Shown: one piece after another, positions 50,338-60,212 of the stretch | How positions within the stretch are numbered: the first letter of the stretch is position 1 | Layout of the letters: each line of letters begins with the position of its first letter | From: Myxococcota bacterium | GTDB lineage: Bacteria > Myxococcota_A > UBA9160 > SZUA-336 | DNA length: 64,000 nt | Direction of reading: 5' to 3' | NCBI GenBank assembly: GCA_965247115.1 | Contig: CBDFGR010000002.1 | Span: forward strand, 768,001-832,000 | Translations under genes and position numbers: made by a program | The notes under the pieces: generated by a model | Databases searched by the model: none | What the model saw: the letters and a program-made list of their open reading frames with translations, nothing else | What the model was told of the DNA's origin: nothing

Positions 50338-52686
50338 CTAGTCAGGCAGCGGGCCGAAATCGGGCGGCTCCACGCGTCGTTCCGATGCAGCTTCGTAGGC
50401 GGAAGCGATCCGCAACGAGATATCCTCCTTGCCGGGCTCGGCGCGAAACACCAGCGAAAACGGCAGGCCGGGATAGGGAACCGTTGTCGGCGTATTCGAC
50501 GGCGACCAGACATAGCGCGTGGCATCGTCGCTGAGGACGAATACCGGATCGTACGCGGTTGTGACATAACCTGCCGGGATCAGCACCTCGGTCAAGCCGG
50601 CATTCGGTCCGTACAGGCTTTCCGCTGTGATGTTGTGCGGAATGTTGTACTGGTGCGGTCCGCCGATGATTCCCGGCGGCCACGGCGAGTGCAAGCGCAC
50701 CAGCGCATCGAGGTTGTTTTCCAGGATCACCATCATGTCGACCCGGCGCAGCAACTCGCGCAGCATGATGCGTTCGTTGACGCCCTGGCGTCCGTCGAGC
50801 GGATTGCGCGGGTCGGTGATCTCCTCCCAGTTCAAGAAGGCGGCGCGCTGGTCGTCGCCCCAGAACTTGGAGCGGGCGTTGAGCGCCGCCCAGTCGGCGA
50901 GAGTCTCATCGAACCCGGCGGCCCGCCAGTCCTCCGCCCGGCGCGACAGATATTGGGAGATGTGGTAGCGGAAGGTCGTCGACAGCTGTTGCTGCTGCAC
51001 AGTGCCGATGTCGAAATTGGCCGGCGGCTCGATGCGCGCATCGGCCAGCGCCACCATGTAGTCAATCGGCGCCATGGTACCGGAGCCAAACACCTTGCCG
51101 GGCTGGAACTCGGTTGGCGTGACGGCGTCGGCGAACTCTTTGAACAGCGGCTGGCCGTCGGCACCAAGGCGGAACAGAATATCGGGCATGAACACCGGTA
51201 CTAGACGCGCCAGCGCCTGGCGAAAATCGACCGTCATCTGCTCCATGTCCGGATCCGGCTTGGCCAGTCGGTCCGACGATTCGACAAGAGTGGCATCGAG
51301 GTGGTCGCCGAGGATCGCCTTTATCTGGGCGTTGGCCGCGGTGACGATCGGCTCCTCCGTCTTCGAGTCCTCCGGATAAACGAGCGATTCGCGGATCACG
51401 CCGAGACGCACACCCTTGAGCGAGCCCTTGGCGCCCGATCCTGTGGCATTGTCGGCGTATGACCCGTCGAGCACAGACGAGCGCGGCACCGTGGTGTAGG
51501 GATCGCGCGAGTCGTAGTAGCCGACCGTGGGATCCTTGAGCGCGTCGAGCACCTTGGCACAGTCGCCGATGGTTCGGCACATGATGCCGGCGCGGTCGCA
51601 GTAGATGTCGGCGCCTATCGCACCGCCGTTGAAGCCGAGCAGCGCCTTGTGGGGCAGGATCAGTGCGACCGAGTTGTGATTGGCCGGGCCGCGGGTCGAC
51701 GCGCGGGTCTCCTCGCCCAGGCTCGCCATCACCAAGTTGGTCGACACCGACACCGCCGAGCCCGCGCTCGAGCCGAGCGAGGCCGCCCGTGTGGTGTCGT
51801 ACGGATTGGACGGGTTGCCGCCCCAAGTCGTGCGCTGGTAGCCCAGGACCGAGGGCAACACTTTTTCGGGGGAGTGGCCGCCGCTGGGATCGCCAACGGC
51901 TCCGCCGGGATCGCCGGCCCGGCCGTTATATTCGGTGGCTACCGCCTTGGCGAAGATGATCGCGCCTTTGTCACGCAACTGCTCGACCAGCACATGGTCG
52001 CGCGCCGGAAAATCGTTGTCGTAAGCGGCATCGGCGCCGCCGGTCGAGCGCATATCCTTGGTGTCGTAAGGGTCCTTGAACGAAAACACAACGCCGTACA
52101 TCGGCATTTTTTCCAGATCAGGGTTGGTGCTAAACTCCGCGTCGAGTTCGGCCGCCCGCTCGAGCGCATCGGGTTGCTGGCGGAACACTTCACAGATCGG
52201 CGGCGCGCCGGCCGGCAACGGGCCGTCGTCCGGATGCTTATCGTATTCGCCCCAACAGGTCACCGAGCGTTCGCCGCGGATGTTGAGAGTCGCCAATGCG
52301 TTTACCTGACCGGCATTGGGCATGCCGGCAATAATGCCGAACTGCTGGTCGACGTCGGACTTCGACGAGGTCGCCTCCATACGGCCAAATTCCAACGGCG
52401 GCCCCTTGTATTTGTCCATGTCGGGCAGGATTTCCGAGGCCTTGATAGTCTCGGTGGGAAACTCGATCGGTGCACCACCGCGCACAACCCCGCGCGCTGG
52501 CGCCACCGATATGCCGTCTTCGGTGACCAGCATGCTGCAGACGCCGTTATAGGCCCGCACGCGGTCGATATAGTGCTGCACCACTTTGACGACGGTGGTT
52601 CGTCCATCCTTAATTGCCGCGTGTAACTCATCGATTGTCGCCTCTTCGAGGCGAAACGCTTTTTGCGATTCCGCTTGTGCGGTCAT
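50338..52686 (-). CDS. Amidase signature family protein (long form)
   Basis: FSFKDPYDT, GSSAGSAVSV, EETRASTRGPA. Confidence 0.88.
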   Translation of the reverse strand: MTAQAESQKAFRLEEATIDELHAAIKDGRTTVVKVVQHYIDRVRAYNGVCSMLVTEDGISVAPARGVVRGGAPIEFPTETIKASEILPDMDKYKGPPLEFGRMEATSSKSDVDQQFGIIAGMPNAGQVNALATLNIRGERSVTCWGEYDKHPDDGPLPAGAPPICEVFRQQPDALERAAELDAEFSTNPDLEKMPMYGVVFSFKDPYDTKDMRSTGGADAAYDNDFPARDHVLVEQLRDKGAIIFAKAVATEYNGRAGDPGGAVGDPSGGHSPEKVLPSVLGYQRTTWGGNPSNPYDTTRAASLGSSAGSAVSVSTNLVMASLGEETRASTRGPANHNSVALILPHKALLGFNGGAIGADIYCDRAGIMCRTIGDCAKVLDALKDPTVGYYDSRDPYTTVPRSSVLDGSYADNATGSGAKGSLKGVRLGVIRESLVYPEDSKTEEPIVTAANAQIKAILGDHLDATLVESSDRLAKPDPDMEQMTVDFRQALARLVPVFMPDILFRLGADGQPLFKEFADAVTPTEFQPGKVFGSGTMAPIDYMVALADARIEPPANFDIGTVQQQQLSTTFRYHISQYLSRRAEDWRAAGFDETLADWAALNARSKFWGDDQRAAFLNWEEITDPRNPLDGRQGVNERIMLRELLRRVDMMVILENNLDALVRLHSPWPPGIIGGPHQYNIPHNITAESLYGPNAGLTEVLIPAGYVTTAYDPVFVLSDDATRYVWSPSNTPTTVPYPGLPFSLVFRAEPGKEDISLRIASAYEAASERRVEPPDFGPLPD

Positions 52687-52737
52687 AATGTTCTCTCCCT
52701 CTATTGGCTGCCGCCAATGTGATTCTGACAGCTGCAA

Positions 52738-53484
52738 TCAGGCCGCTTGCGCCTCCACTCTTTTTACCGCTTGCGGCCAGAGATACATGATCGCCGGGAT
52801 CAGGATGAGAATCAACGGCAGGAACGACAGGCTGACCCCGACCTGTGGTGATACTACCTGAAGGAACGCGCCCACCCAAATGACTAAGATAAGGCTGGCA
52901 TTCAATCGGCCCAGCCGGTGCAGGAGCGCAACAACGGCGATCAACGCGATGCCACCATCGTAGAACAAGGTACGCGGCGAAATCAGCACAATCGCGACGC
53001 TCGCCAGGCCCAATTGCGCGCTGAAATCGGCCTCGCGGCCGCCGCGAAACCACACCCACGACAGGGCAACAATGGTCGCGACGCTGAAGCGCCAGCCCAA
53101 TACGACAGCAAAGCGGTTACCGTCGCCAACCAGGGCTTGAGCCACACCTTGCCACGACACCAGTTCGGCGAGATTGAACTGGACGTCGAAGCCGGAAAAC
53201 GCCATCTCCAGATCGAACCAGTCGGCGACCCAGGCCGGTCCCATCACGAAGCTGTTGAGCCCGTACAATACGATCGCGGTGGCGCCGGCGGCGACCCACA
53301 CCCCCGCCATCTGCGATGATTTGGCCGGCGCTATAGAACACCGGATAGTCGCCGCCGATCCGCCCGGTGATCGTGGTGGTACCGGTTCCCGAGACCATAC
53401 GACGAAAAAGGCGACGGCGAGCGCGAACAGCGCGCCGCGCGAATACCATTTCAGACGCCACGGGGTCAGGATCGACTCGAGCAT
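52738..53484 (-). pseudogene. GT87/DUF2029-like membrane glycosyltransferase with internal deletion
   Basis: GRIGGDYPVFYSAG in one frame; C-terminal TMs with ISPRTLFYD in another. Confidence 0.6.
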
Positions 53485-53546
53485 GCGGAATTTCGCATCC
53501 TTCGCAGAGAAATCGGCGGCGTGCTACGCGAGCGACAAGGCAAACA

Positions 53547-53615
53547 CGAAGTCACTCCGCCAATCATGAGCGTCGTCGAGCGGAAGTCGTTGGATGGGGC
53601 TCTACACATCGAACA
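53547..53615 (+). repeat. 69-bp dispersed repeat (copy 2)
   Basis: Matches 30155-30223. Confidence 0.9.
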
Positions 53616-53848
53616 CCTCATCGCTGAATCCGGCAAGCTCGTAGCCATCGGCTACAGTTTCGATCCTAACGACCGCCGCTCTTATGATCCTTTGCTCTTG
53701 GCCCTCGACCACGCACCCGAGTTCCCCGGATGTTCCTGAGCCTCCTATCTTCCGCTTAGAGTGAGGGTTCCCACGACACTTCTAGTGCGTCGAGCGCCTG
53801 GCCGCCGAGCGATGTTTCGCGCAGCCCAAACCGCGACATGCTCGACGC

Positions 53849-53974
53849 CTGACCTGCTGATTGCGAATTCGTCCCTGACACTGCATCCCGTTGCGGTCTG
53901 TTCGCCTGCGTTAGGAAAATCAAGGGCTTGCGGTATCCCTGGTTTCGCTCTGTTTGTGCCTGTTGCGATCAGTT
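53849..53974 (-). repeat. Inverted degenerate att junction 6: arm B + partial tRNA-Thr core
   Basis: Reverse complement aligns with about 15390-15515 (CGCAACAGGC.CAAACAG...GGACGAATTCG.AATCAGCAGGTCAG). Confidence 0.8.
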
Positions 53975-54606
53975 TTCTCGTCGCCCTCACTCTCGTCTCG
54001 TTGAACGCGGGTTGTCTCGGTCCGAGCGATGACTCGAGCAATGACACTGGCCGCGACGCTACACGACCGCTTTTCAACGGCAAGGATCTCGATGGCTGGG
54101 TAATCGAGTCTGACGGGCAATTCTCAGTCCGCGACGGTCTCCTGGTGGTCAACAGGGGCACCGGCTGGCTGCGCTCGGTACAGGAGTTTGGCGACTTTAT
54201 CCTGGAGATGGAATTCCGCTTCCTCGAGGAACAGGCGAACAGCGGCATCTTTGTTCGTACCGGTCCCACCAGTAAGGACGACGAAAACGGCTGGCCGGAC
54301 AACGGCTACCAGGTCCAGTGCATGGATACGATCACCGGACAGTACCCCCTCGCGACCATGATCCCCTACGGGGCTCCCGATTTCGTGCACGAATCAGACC
54401 TCGAGGCCCTCGCCAGGGCCTACCGGCCGACGCGCGAGTGGAATCACTACGAGATCACCTGCGACGGGGAGGACCTCAAGGTCAAGCTCAACGGTGAGCT
54501 CATCACCTCAGCCCGCGACATCAAGAACCTCCGCGGGCACATCGGCATCCAGGCGGAGCATGGTCTCCTGGAATTCCGCAACATTGGCGTCACGATCCTC
54601 GACTGA
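53975..54606 (+). CDS. DUF1080 / 3-keto-disaccharide hydrolase-like protein; 5' end replaced by the att arm
   Basis: LFNGKDLDGW, ANSGIFVR, EWNHYEI, GHIGIQ, EFRNI. Confidence 0.8.
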
Positions 54607-54859
54607 CAATCAGACTACGTCCAGTTTCTCCGCGTCCCAACGAACCTGCCGCTTCTCCCTGTAAGCGGCGACCGCCATGACGAGAGTGGCCACCACAACT
54701 CCCGCTGCCGAGAACGCCGCAGCCCTTGCTGCAGAGCCGGCGCGGGACGAGCCACTGCCTGCGGCCCAGGTCCACAGCGACTGTCGCGGCTCAGAAGCAC
54801 ACGCGACGGATGCCGGGCGCCCCAACGCGGCTCCACGACGCGCGGAGTCGGCGCCCGAA

Positions 54860-55176
54860 GGGATGCGCGTCGTCGAGGACATACTCCGCTGTCTGGGACG
54901 CTCCGCGCGACCTCCACCCGTGGCCCCAGCGCGCCCGATCGGACAGCCCGAGCTGCCGTTCGTCGACGCCCTCTAGAGAGACGATCGTCGGATCCTCGCC
55001 CGCCGCTCGCGCTGCAGGCCTGATGCGCGCCGCATCCCAGTCGTGCGCCTCCGTTGGGCACCGGCCGCGCTCAACCCCGGCCGCACTGGCGCACCACCCG
55101 CTTGAAGGCCCCGCCCCCGGGCCCTCGGACGACTCGATCGGACGGAAAGGCCAATGTCAGAACCCGAAAAACCCTC
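54860..55176 (+). mobile_element. IS91-family remnant: transposase C-terminus plus oriIS-proximal sequence
   Basis: VVEDILRCLGRSARPPPVAPARPIGQPELPF stop (54976); 55111-55176 identical to the oriIS repeat at 21543-21608. Confidence 0.65.
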
Positions 55177-55254
55177 GTAGACTCCGTTCCATAGGGTAGG
55201 AGCGCAAGACAGACTTGGTCCTGATCGCGGTCCCCGAGAGGCCCCGTTCATCGC

Positions 55255-55549
55255 CGCCAATGTGGCCTGGGGCTTTGCGTTCTACTTCACGCTGCCGTAC
55301 CTGCTCGGAACACTCGCCGCCCTCGACCGACGGGGCCTGTGGACGGTCGCGGGCACCGGCGCGCTCGGTGTGGGCATCGCGATTGGACCCGTGCTGACCG
55401 GCGCGCTCATTGCGCGCGGCTGGAGCTGGGTCGGATGGTTCCTTGCGGTCTCGACGCCGGTCACGCTCGCGCTCTTCGTCCCGGCGATTCGCGCCGTGGA
55501 AGCCGCGGGGCCGAGCAGCAGCGCCGAGCCCGCCGAGCGCCGAGTATAA
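55255..55549 (+). pseudogene. MFS transporter C-terminal fragment
   Basis: LPYLLGTLAALDRRG...GIAIGPVLTGAL; about three TMs. Confidence 0.6.
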
Positions 55550-55670
55550 TGGACAGCCTTCGACGCCAACCGACCGAACACCCCAGTCCATAATGTCCGA
55601 TTGACAGAGGGGGCGGGATCCCGTGTGATGGACCCCGCTGGACGAGCGAAACCCAAAAGATGAGGTAGGT

Positions 55671-56123
55671 ATGAGCACAAAACTAAAGCCGCTGGTCGTC
55701 ACGCCCGCGGATGGGCAGGCGATTCAACCCTTCGGTCTGAACATGAAGGTGTTGTTGCGCACCGAGGATACCGGCGGCGAATTCTCCGCCCTCTTTGTCG
55801 AACATGAACCCGGAGCCGTGGTACCCCCTCACTTTCATCGCAATCAGGAGGAGTACTTCTGTGTGGTCGAGGGTACCTACGAACTACAGATCGGCGACGT
55901 GAAGAAAACCGCGGGGCCCGGAACCGTTGCCTTCATACCCCGCAACACGCTGCACACGTTCAAGAACGTGGGGCAGACCGTAGCCAAGATGGTCGACTGG
56001 AGTATCCCCGGCGGGCAGGACAAGTACTTCCTGAAGGTGCACGAACTCGTGGCCGACGGAAGTTTTACGGGAGAGATCGCCAACCAGGTAAACGCCCAGT
56101 TCGACACACTCTTCCCGTCCTGA
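55671..56123 (+). CDS. Cupin domain protein
   Basis: PPHFHRNQEEYF...G...FIPRNTLHTFKN. Confidence 0.9.
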   Translation: MSTKLKPLVVTPADGQAIQPFGLNMKVLLRTEDTGGEFSALFVEHEPGAVVPPHFHRNQEEYFCVVEGTYELQIGDVKKTAGPGTVAFIPRNTLHTFKNVGQTVAKMVDWSIPGGQDKYFLKVHELVADGSFTGEIANQVNAQFDTLFPS

Positions 56124-56433
56124 GTGGTCTCTAGATTGGGCCTGAGCGAGTGTGAGGGAGGGCCTCTGAAGCCTTGGAGCAGTTTCCGCAGCAGTTGGCG
56201 AGCGGGACGTCGCAGGTCATGCGCCAGCCGCGCCGCGCGGACTTGCCGCAGATGGCCGTGTCGCTGACCTGCTTGCCCTTCAGGGGGTCCAACTCCTTCA
56301 TCATGTGGAGGTTCTGCCCTTAGCAGGCGAGGTATTGAGCCGCGAAATCAATGGGTTCGGGGAGGTGCCGACGCTGTTAAACAAGCGGAAGGCCACACCG
56401 CAGGGGGCGGCCTATCCTCCGCCCGGTGACAGG

Positions 56434-57477
56434 CTAGGCGAGCTTGCCCGCCTCGGCGGCCGTGATGTAACCGGCACCGTACAGCCACTGGACTGTGTCT
56501 CTCAGGGTGTCTTCGAGCGGGGTTTTGGGGAAGCCGAAGTCGCTGGTGGCCGGCCCCTGGTCGAACGAGACCTCTGGGCGGTCGGCCGATTCGAGCATCA
56601 TGTTGACCGACTCGGAGGCCAACGGCATCGCCTTGCCCGTCCGCAGCGCCACCCAGTCGAAGACCCGCCCTGCGATCCGGAGCAACGCGCGCGGCGCCGG
56701 CCAGGTGGGGAGGTTGCGACCGGTCATCTCGTTCAGGTTGCCCACGACGTCACGGACGTCGACCAGGGAGCCGGTCAGAAGGTAGTGGCGCCGGCCCTGG
56801 CCCGGGGTCATCACCGCTGCCGCCAGGCCGGCCACGTCGCGAACGTCGACGATGGGAAGCGTGCACGGACGCGGCAGCGCAGGAAGACGACCCTTGAAGA
56901 TGTCGCGCATCAGCGCCATGGAATCGCTGAGCCCTTCATTCGGGTCTCGCGGACCGAGCACCGCCCCGGGGTAGATCGTGACGACCGGCGCGCCCTCTTC
57001 CGCGTGCCGGCGCGCGACGTGTTCCGCGGCCACCTTGCTGCGCGTATAGGGACCGCATCCGGTGGAAACGGGACCCGCGCCCTCCACCGTGGTCGTTGGC
57101 GGGGGAATGAAGACGCCTGCCGTTGAGACGTAAACCAGGGGGTCGAGGCCCAGATCACGTCCGGTGCGCAAGATGAGCTCGGTGCTTTGGGGGTTCACCC
57201 TGGCCATCTCGGACTCGAGGTTCGGATCGAGACTGAACACCGCTGCCACGTGGAGGACCGCGTTCGATCCATCGAGCGCGCGTTTGATGATACCCGCGTC
57301 GGTGATGTCACCCTCGACGACCTCTACATCGGATGCAGACAGCCCGTGCATCTCGAGCGCGCGCTCGAGCTTCTTGGGTGAGCGGATCAACACCCGCACG
57401 TCGTAGCCCCCACCGCGCAGCGCCGCGACGGTGTGGGAACCGATGTAGCCAGTAGCCCCTGTGACGACTATCTTCAT
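56434..57477 (-). CDS. NAD-dependent epimerase/dehydratase
   Basis: VTGATGYIG, YTRSK, VDVRDVA. Confidence 0.9.
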   Translation of the reverse strand: MKIVVTGATGYIGSHTVAALRGGGYDVRVLIRSPKKLERALEMHGLSASDVEVVEGDITDAGIIKRALDGSNAVLHVAAVFSLDPNLESEMARVNPQSTELILRTGRDLGLDPLVYVSTAGVFIPPPTTTVEGAGPVSTGCGPYTRSKVAAEHVARRHAEEGAPVVTIYPGAVLGPRDPNEGLSDSMALMRDIFKGRLPALPRPCTLPIVDVRDVAGLAAAVMTPGQGRRHYLLTGSLVDVRDVVGNLNEMTGRNLPTWPAPRALLRIAGRVFDWVALRTGKAMPLASESVNMMLESADRPEVSFDQGPATSDFGFPKTPLEDTLRDTVQWLYGAGYITAAEAGKLA

Positions 57478-57981
57478 GGCGGAGATTCTCGTCCCCGAAA
57501 GAAGCGCAGTCAAGAACGGCCGGCGTTCGGCTGCGGCTGACTCGGACGCTGTCGCGCGAAGCGGGCGCGGGCTCGGCGGACCAGTTCCTCGGGGGAGAGC
57601 ATAGGTCCCTATCGTACACACTTCGGTGTTGAAGAATTCTTGGCTGTTTACATCAACTAGGCGCTCCGAGCCGCTCCCCTGCAAATGCGCATCCCGTCAT
57701 TCCTCGTCTTCAGATCCCCCTGCCCCATCCGGATGGGCCTCCTACAGGATCACGTAACAGTCGATGTCTCTACTTGTACAGGCATTCGCGGGTGATGCCC
57801 AGGCTTCGCGCCGTGGCGATGCGGCGCTGGCCGTCGCGGTCCAGCGCGCACATCAGCCATCTATAGCTCCAACGGGATGCGGATCTCTCGGGCGAGCCAA
57901 CGGGTGCTGTGTTCCGGTCGAGTCCTGTCTCCGCTACCAACTAACCCCATGGAATCACGATGTGAAGGAATCTCTCCAGTG

Positions 57982-58380
57982 ATGCAACGACCGTGGTGGA
58001 TGACCGCGATCGCCGCCTTCTTCGTGCTGAGCCTGCTGGTGAACGTGTCGCGCGACCTGCTGTACCCCGAGTACGGGAACGTGGAGGTGTGGCTCGGGTT
58101 CGAGGTGACCGGCGCTGCGGCGCGCTGGACCGCGCCGATCCATTGGGCGATGTTCGCCGTCGGCGCGTGGGCGTTCTGGACGTGCCAGTCATGGGCGCTG
58201 CCCGCCACCGCGGCGTACGCGTTCTACGTCGCCTTCAGCCACATCGTCTGGAGCGAGGCAAGCCCCAACGGCCATGGCTGGCCGATAGGCCTGCTTCACG
58301 CGGCCGTGATCTCGATCCCGGGCTTCGCGCTCCTCTGGCTCAACTCCCGAAGTCGACGGGAAACGTTACCGGGCGCTTGA
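57982..58380 (+). CDS. Hypothetical membrane protein
   Basis: About four TMs; VEVWLGFE motif. Confidence 0.7.
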   Translation: MQRPWWMTAIAAFFVLSLLVNVSRDLLYPEYGNVEVWLGFEVTGAAARWTAPIHWAMFAVGAWAFWTCQSWALPATAAYAFYVAFSHIVWSEASPNGHGWPIGLLHAAVISIPGFALLWLNSRSRRETLPGA

Positions 58381-58507
58381 CGAAGCCCATCGGAGGCCAT
58401 CTCCACGTACAGCAGGATCGAGACCTGATTCGCGAGGTCGAGTTGGGAACCGCGACACCGACGCCTTCCGAGTAGACTGAACCCTTCACCGAGCCACAGG
58501 AGGCGCC

Positions 58508-59893
58508 GTGGACGCGCTTTGCCGAAGAACCGCCGTGGAGCTCGCCGGCCTGATTCGGGTGGGCGATGTGTCGAGCCGTGAGGTGGTCGAGGCGCACCTC
58601 GCGCGCATCGACGAGGTCAACGACTACGTCAACGCGGTCACGCTGATCCTCCGCGAGTCCGCACTGGAGGCGGCCGACGCGGCCGACCGCGCCGACGCCG
58701 CAGAGCGCGCGCGTCCGTTTCACGGGGTGCCGTTCACGATCAAGGAGAACATCGACTTCCTGGGCACGCCCACGACGGACGGCCTGCCCTCCCGCGCCAA
58801 CGCGATGCCCAGACAGGACGCACCCATCGTGGAGCGAATGAAGCGGGCGGGTGCAGTGCCGCTGGCTCGGACCAACCTGCCCGAAATGGGCTCGCGCCTG
58901 GACACGGACAATCCGCTGCGCGGCCGCACCCGCAACCCGTGGAACGGAGCTCTGACGCCGGGCGGCTCGAGCGGCGGTGAGGGGGCTGCCCTCGCGACCG
59001 GCATGACGCCGTTCGGCCTGGGGAACGACATCGGCGGCTCGCTCCGCAATCCCGCCTACTGCTGCGGGATCGCGTCCCTCAAGCCGTCCCTGGGTCGCAT
59101 CCCCTTCGTGCTGTCGATCGACCCCGTGGACATGGGGCTGTCGGCCGCGCTGCTGACCGACGGTCCCATGGCGCGCTCGGTCGGCGACCTGCGGCAGGGG
59201 CTTGCGATCCTCGCGGGCAGGCACCCCGACGATCCGCAGTCGGTCGATACCCCACTCGAGGGCCCCGTTCCCAACCCCCGCCGCGCTGCGCTGGTCACCG
59301 ACGTGCCCGGTTGCGAGCTGCCCGCCGCGACCACTGCCGAGATTCGCCGCGCGGGCGCGCTGCTGGCCGATCAGGGCTGGCGGGTGGAAGAGGTCGAGGC
59401 TCCGGAGCTCGAACGCGTCACCGAGATCTGGGGCAAGATCCTGATGGGAGAGGGCGGCTTCGAGGAGTCGGAGGGGCTGCTGAGCCCGCCCGTATACCGG
59501 TACATGCTGAGCCTTCAGGAGCTCCTCGGCGCCCCCAAGCTTCCTCTTGCGCTCGTGCACAGTGAGCGCCGGCGCCTGCGCAGGCGCTGGTCGGCGTTTC
59601 TCACCGAGCACACCGTTGCGATCGGGCCGACCTGGACTCAGCTGCCCTGGCCGATCGATTCCGACCTGGAGCCCGACAGTGGGGCACAGCTCTTCGTGGA
59701 CACCGTCGGCTTCATCACGCCCGGGAACGTTCTCGGCCTGCCGGCAGTCGCGCTGCCCACTGGCGTGTCCGACGGGTTGCCCACGGGCGTCCAAGTCTAC
59801 GCGGACCTGTACCGCGAGGATCTGTGCCTGCTCGCAGCCGAGGCCATCGAACGCGGGTGCACGACACCGACACCGATCGATCCGGTCCGTTAG
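58508..59893 (+). CDS. Amidase
   Basis: HGVPFTIKE, GGSSGGEG, GNDIGGSLRNPA. Confidence 0.93.
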   Translation: MDALCRRTAVELAGLIRVGDVSSREVVEAHLARIDEVNDYVNAVTLILRESALEAADAADRADAAERARPFHGVPFTIKENIDFLGTPTTDGLPSRANAMPRQDAPIVERMKRAGAVPLARTNLPEMGSRLDTDNPLRGRTRNPWNGALTPGGSSGGEGAALATGMTPFGLGNDIGGSLRNPAYCCGIASLKPSLGRIPFVLSIDPVDMGLSAALLTDGPMARSVGDLRQGLAILAGRHPDDPQSVDTPLEGPVPNPRRAALVTDVPGCELPAATTAEIRRAGALLADQGWRVEEVEAPELERVTEIWGKILMGEGGFEESEGLLSPPVYRYMLSLQELLGAPKLPLALVHSERRRLRRRWSAFLTEHTVAIGPTWTQLPWPIDSDLEPDSGAQLFVDTVGFITPGNVLGLPAVALPTGVSDGLPTGVQVYADLYREDLCLLAAEAIERGCTTPTPIDPVR

Positions 59894-59915
59894 CACCGAT
59901 GAAAGGGGAACCTTG

Positions 59916-60212
59916 ATGGCGCACGACAACTTGCATTGCGCGGTCAAAGATCGCGTTGCGACGCTCACGATCGACCGGCCCGAGCGCAAGAACGCGATGA
60001 CGTTCGCTATGAACGCCGAGTACGGGCGTCTGATCCGCGAGGCCACCCGGGACGACGCGGTGCACGTTCTCGTGCTGACGGGGGTGGCCGGCTCGTTCTG
60101 TGCTGGTACCGACCTCTCCGACCTCGATGAACGCGCGCCGAAGCCCGGGGTGGCGACGGACCAGAGCGCACACCCGGGTTGGGCTGGTGGGCGCTGGCAT
60201 CGGGGCCACTAG
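59916..60212 (+). pseudogene. Enoyl-CoA hydratase N-terminal fragment
   Basis: TLTIDRPERKNAM...LTGVAGSFCAGTDL, then truncated. Confidence 0.75.
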
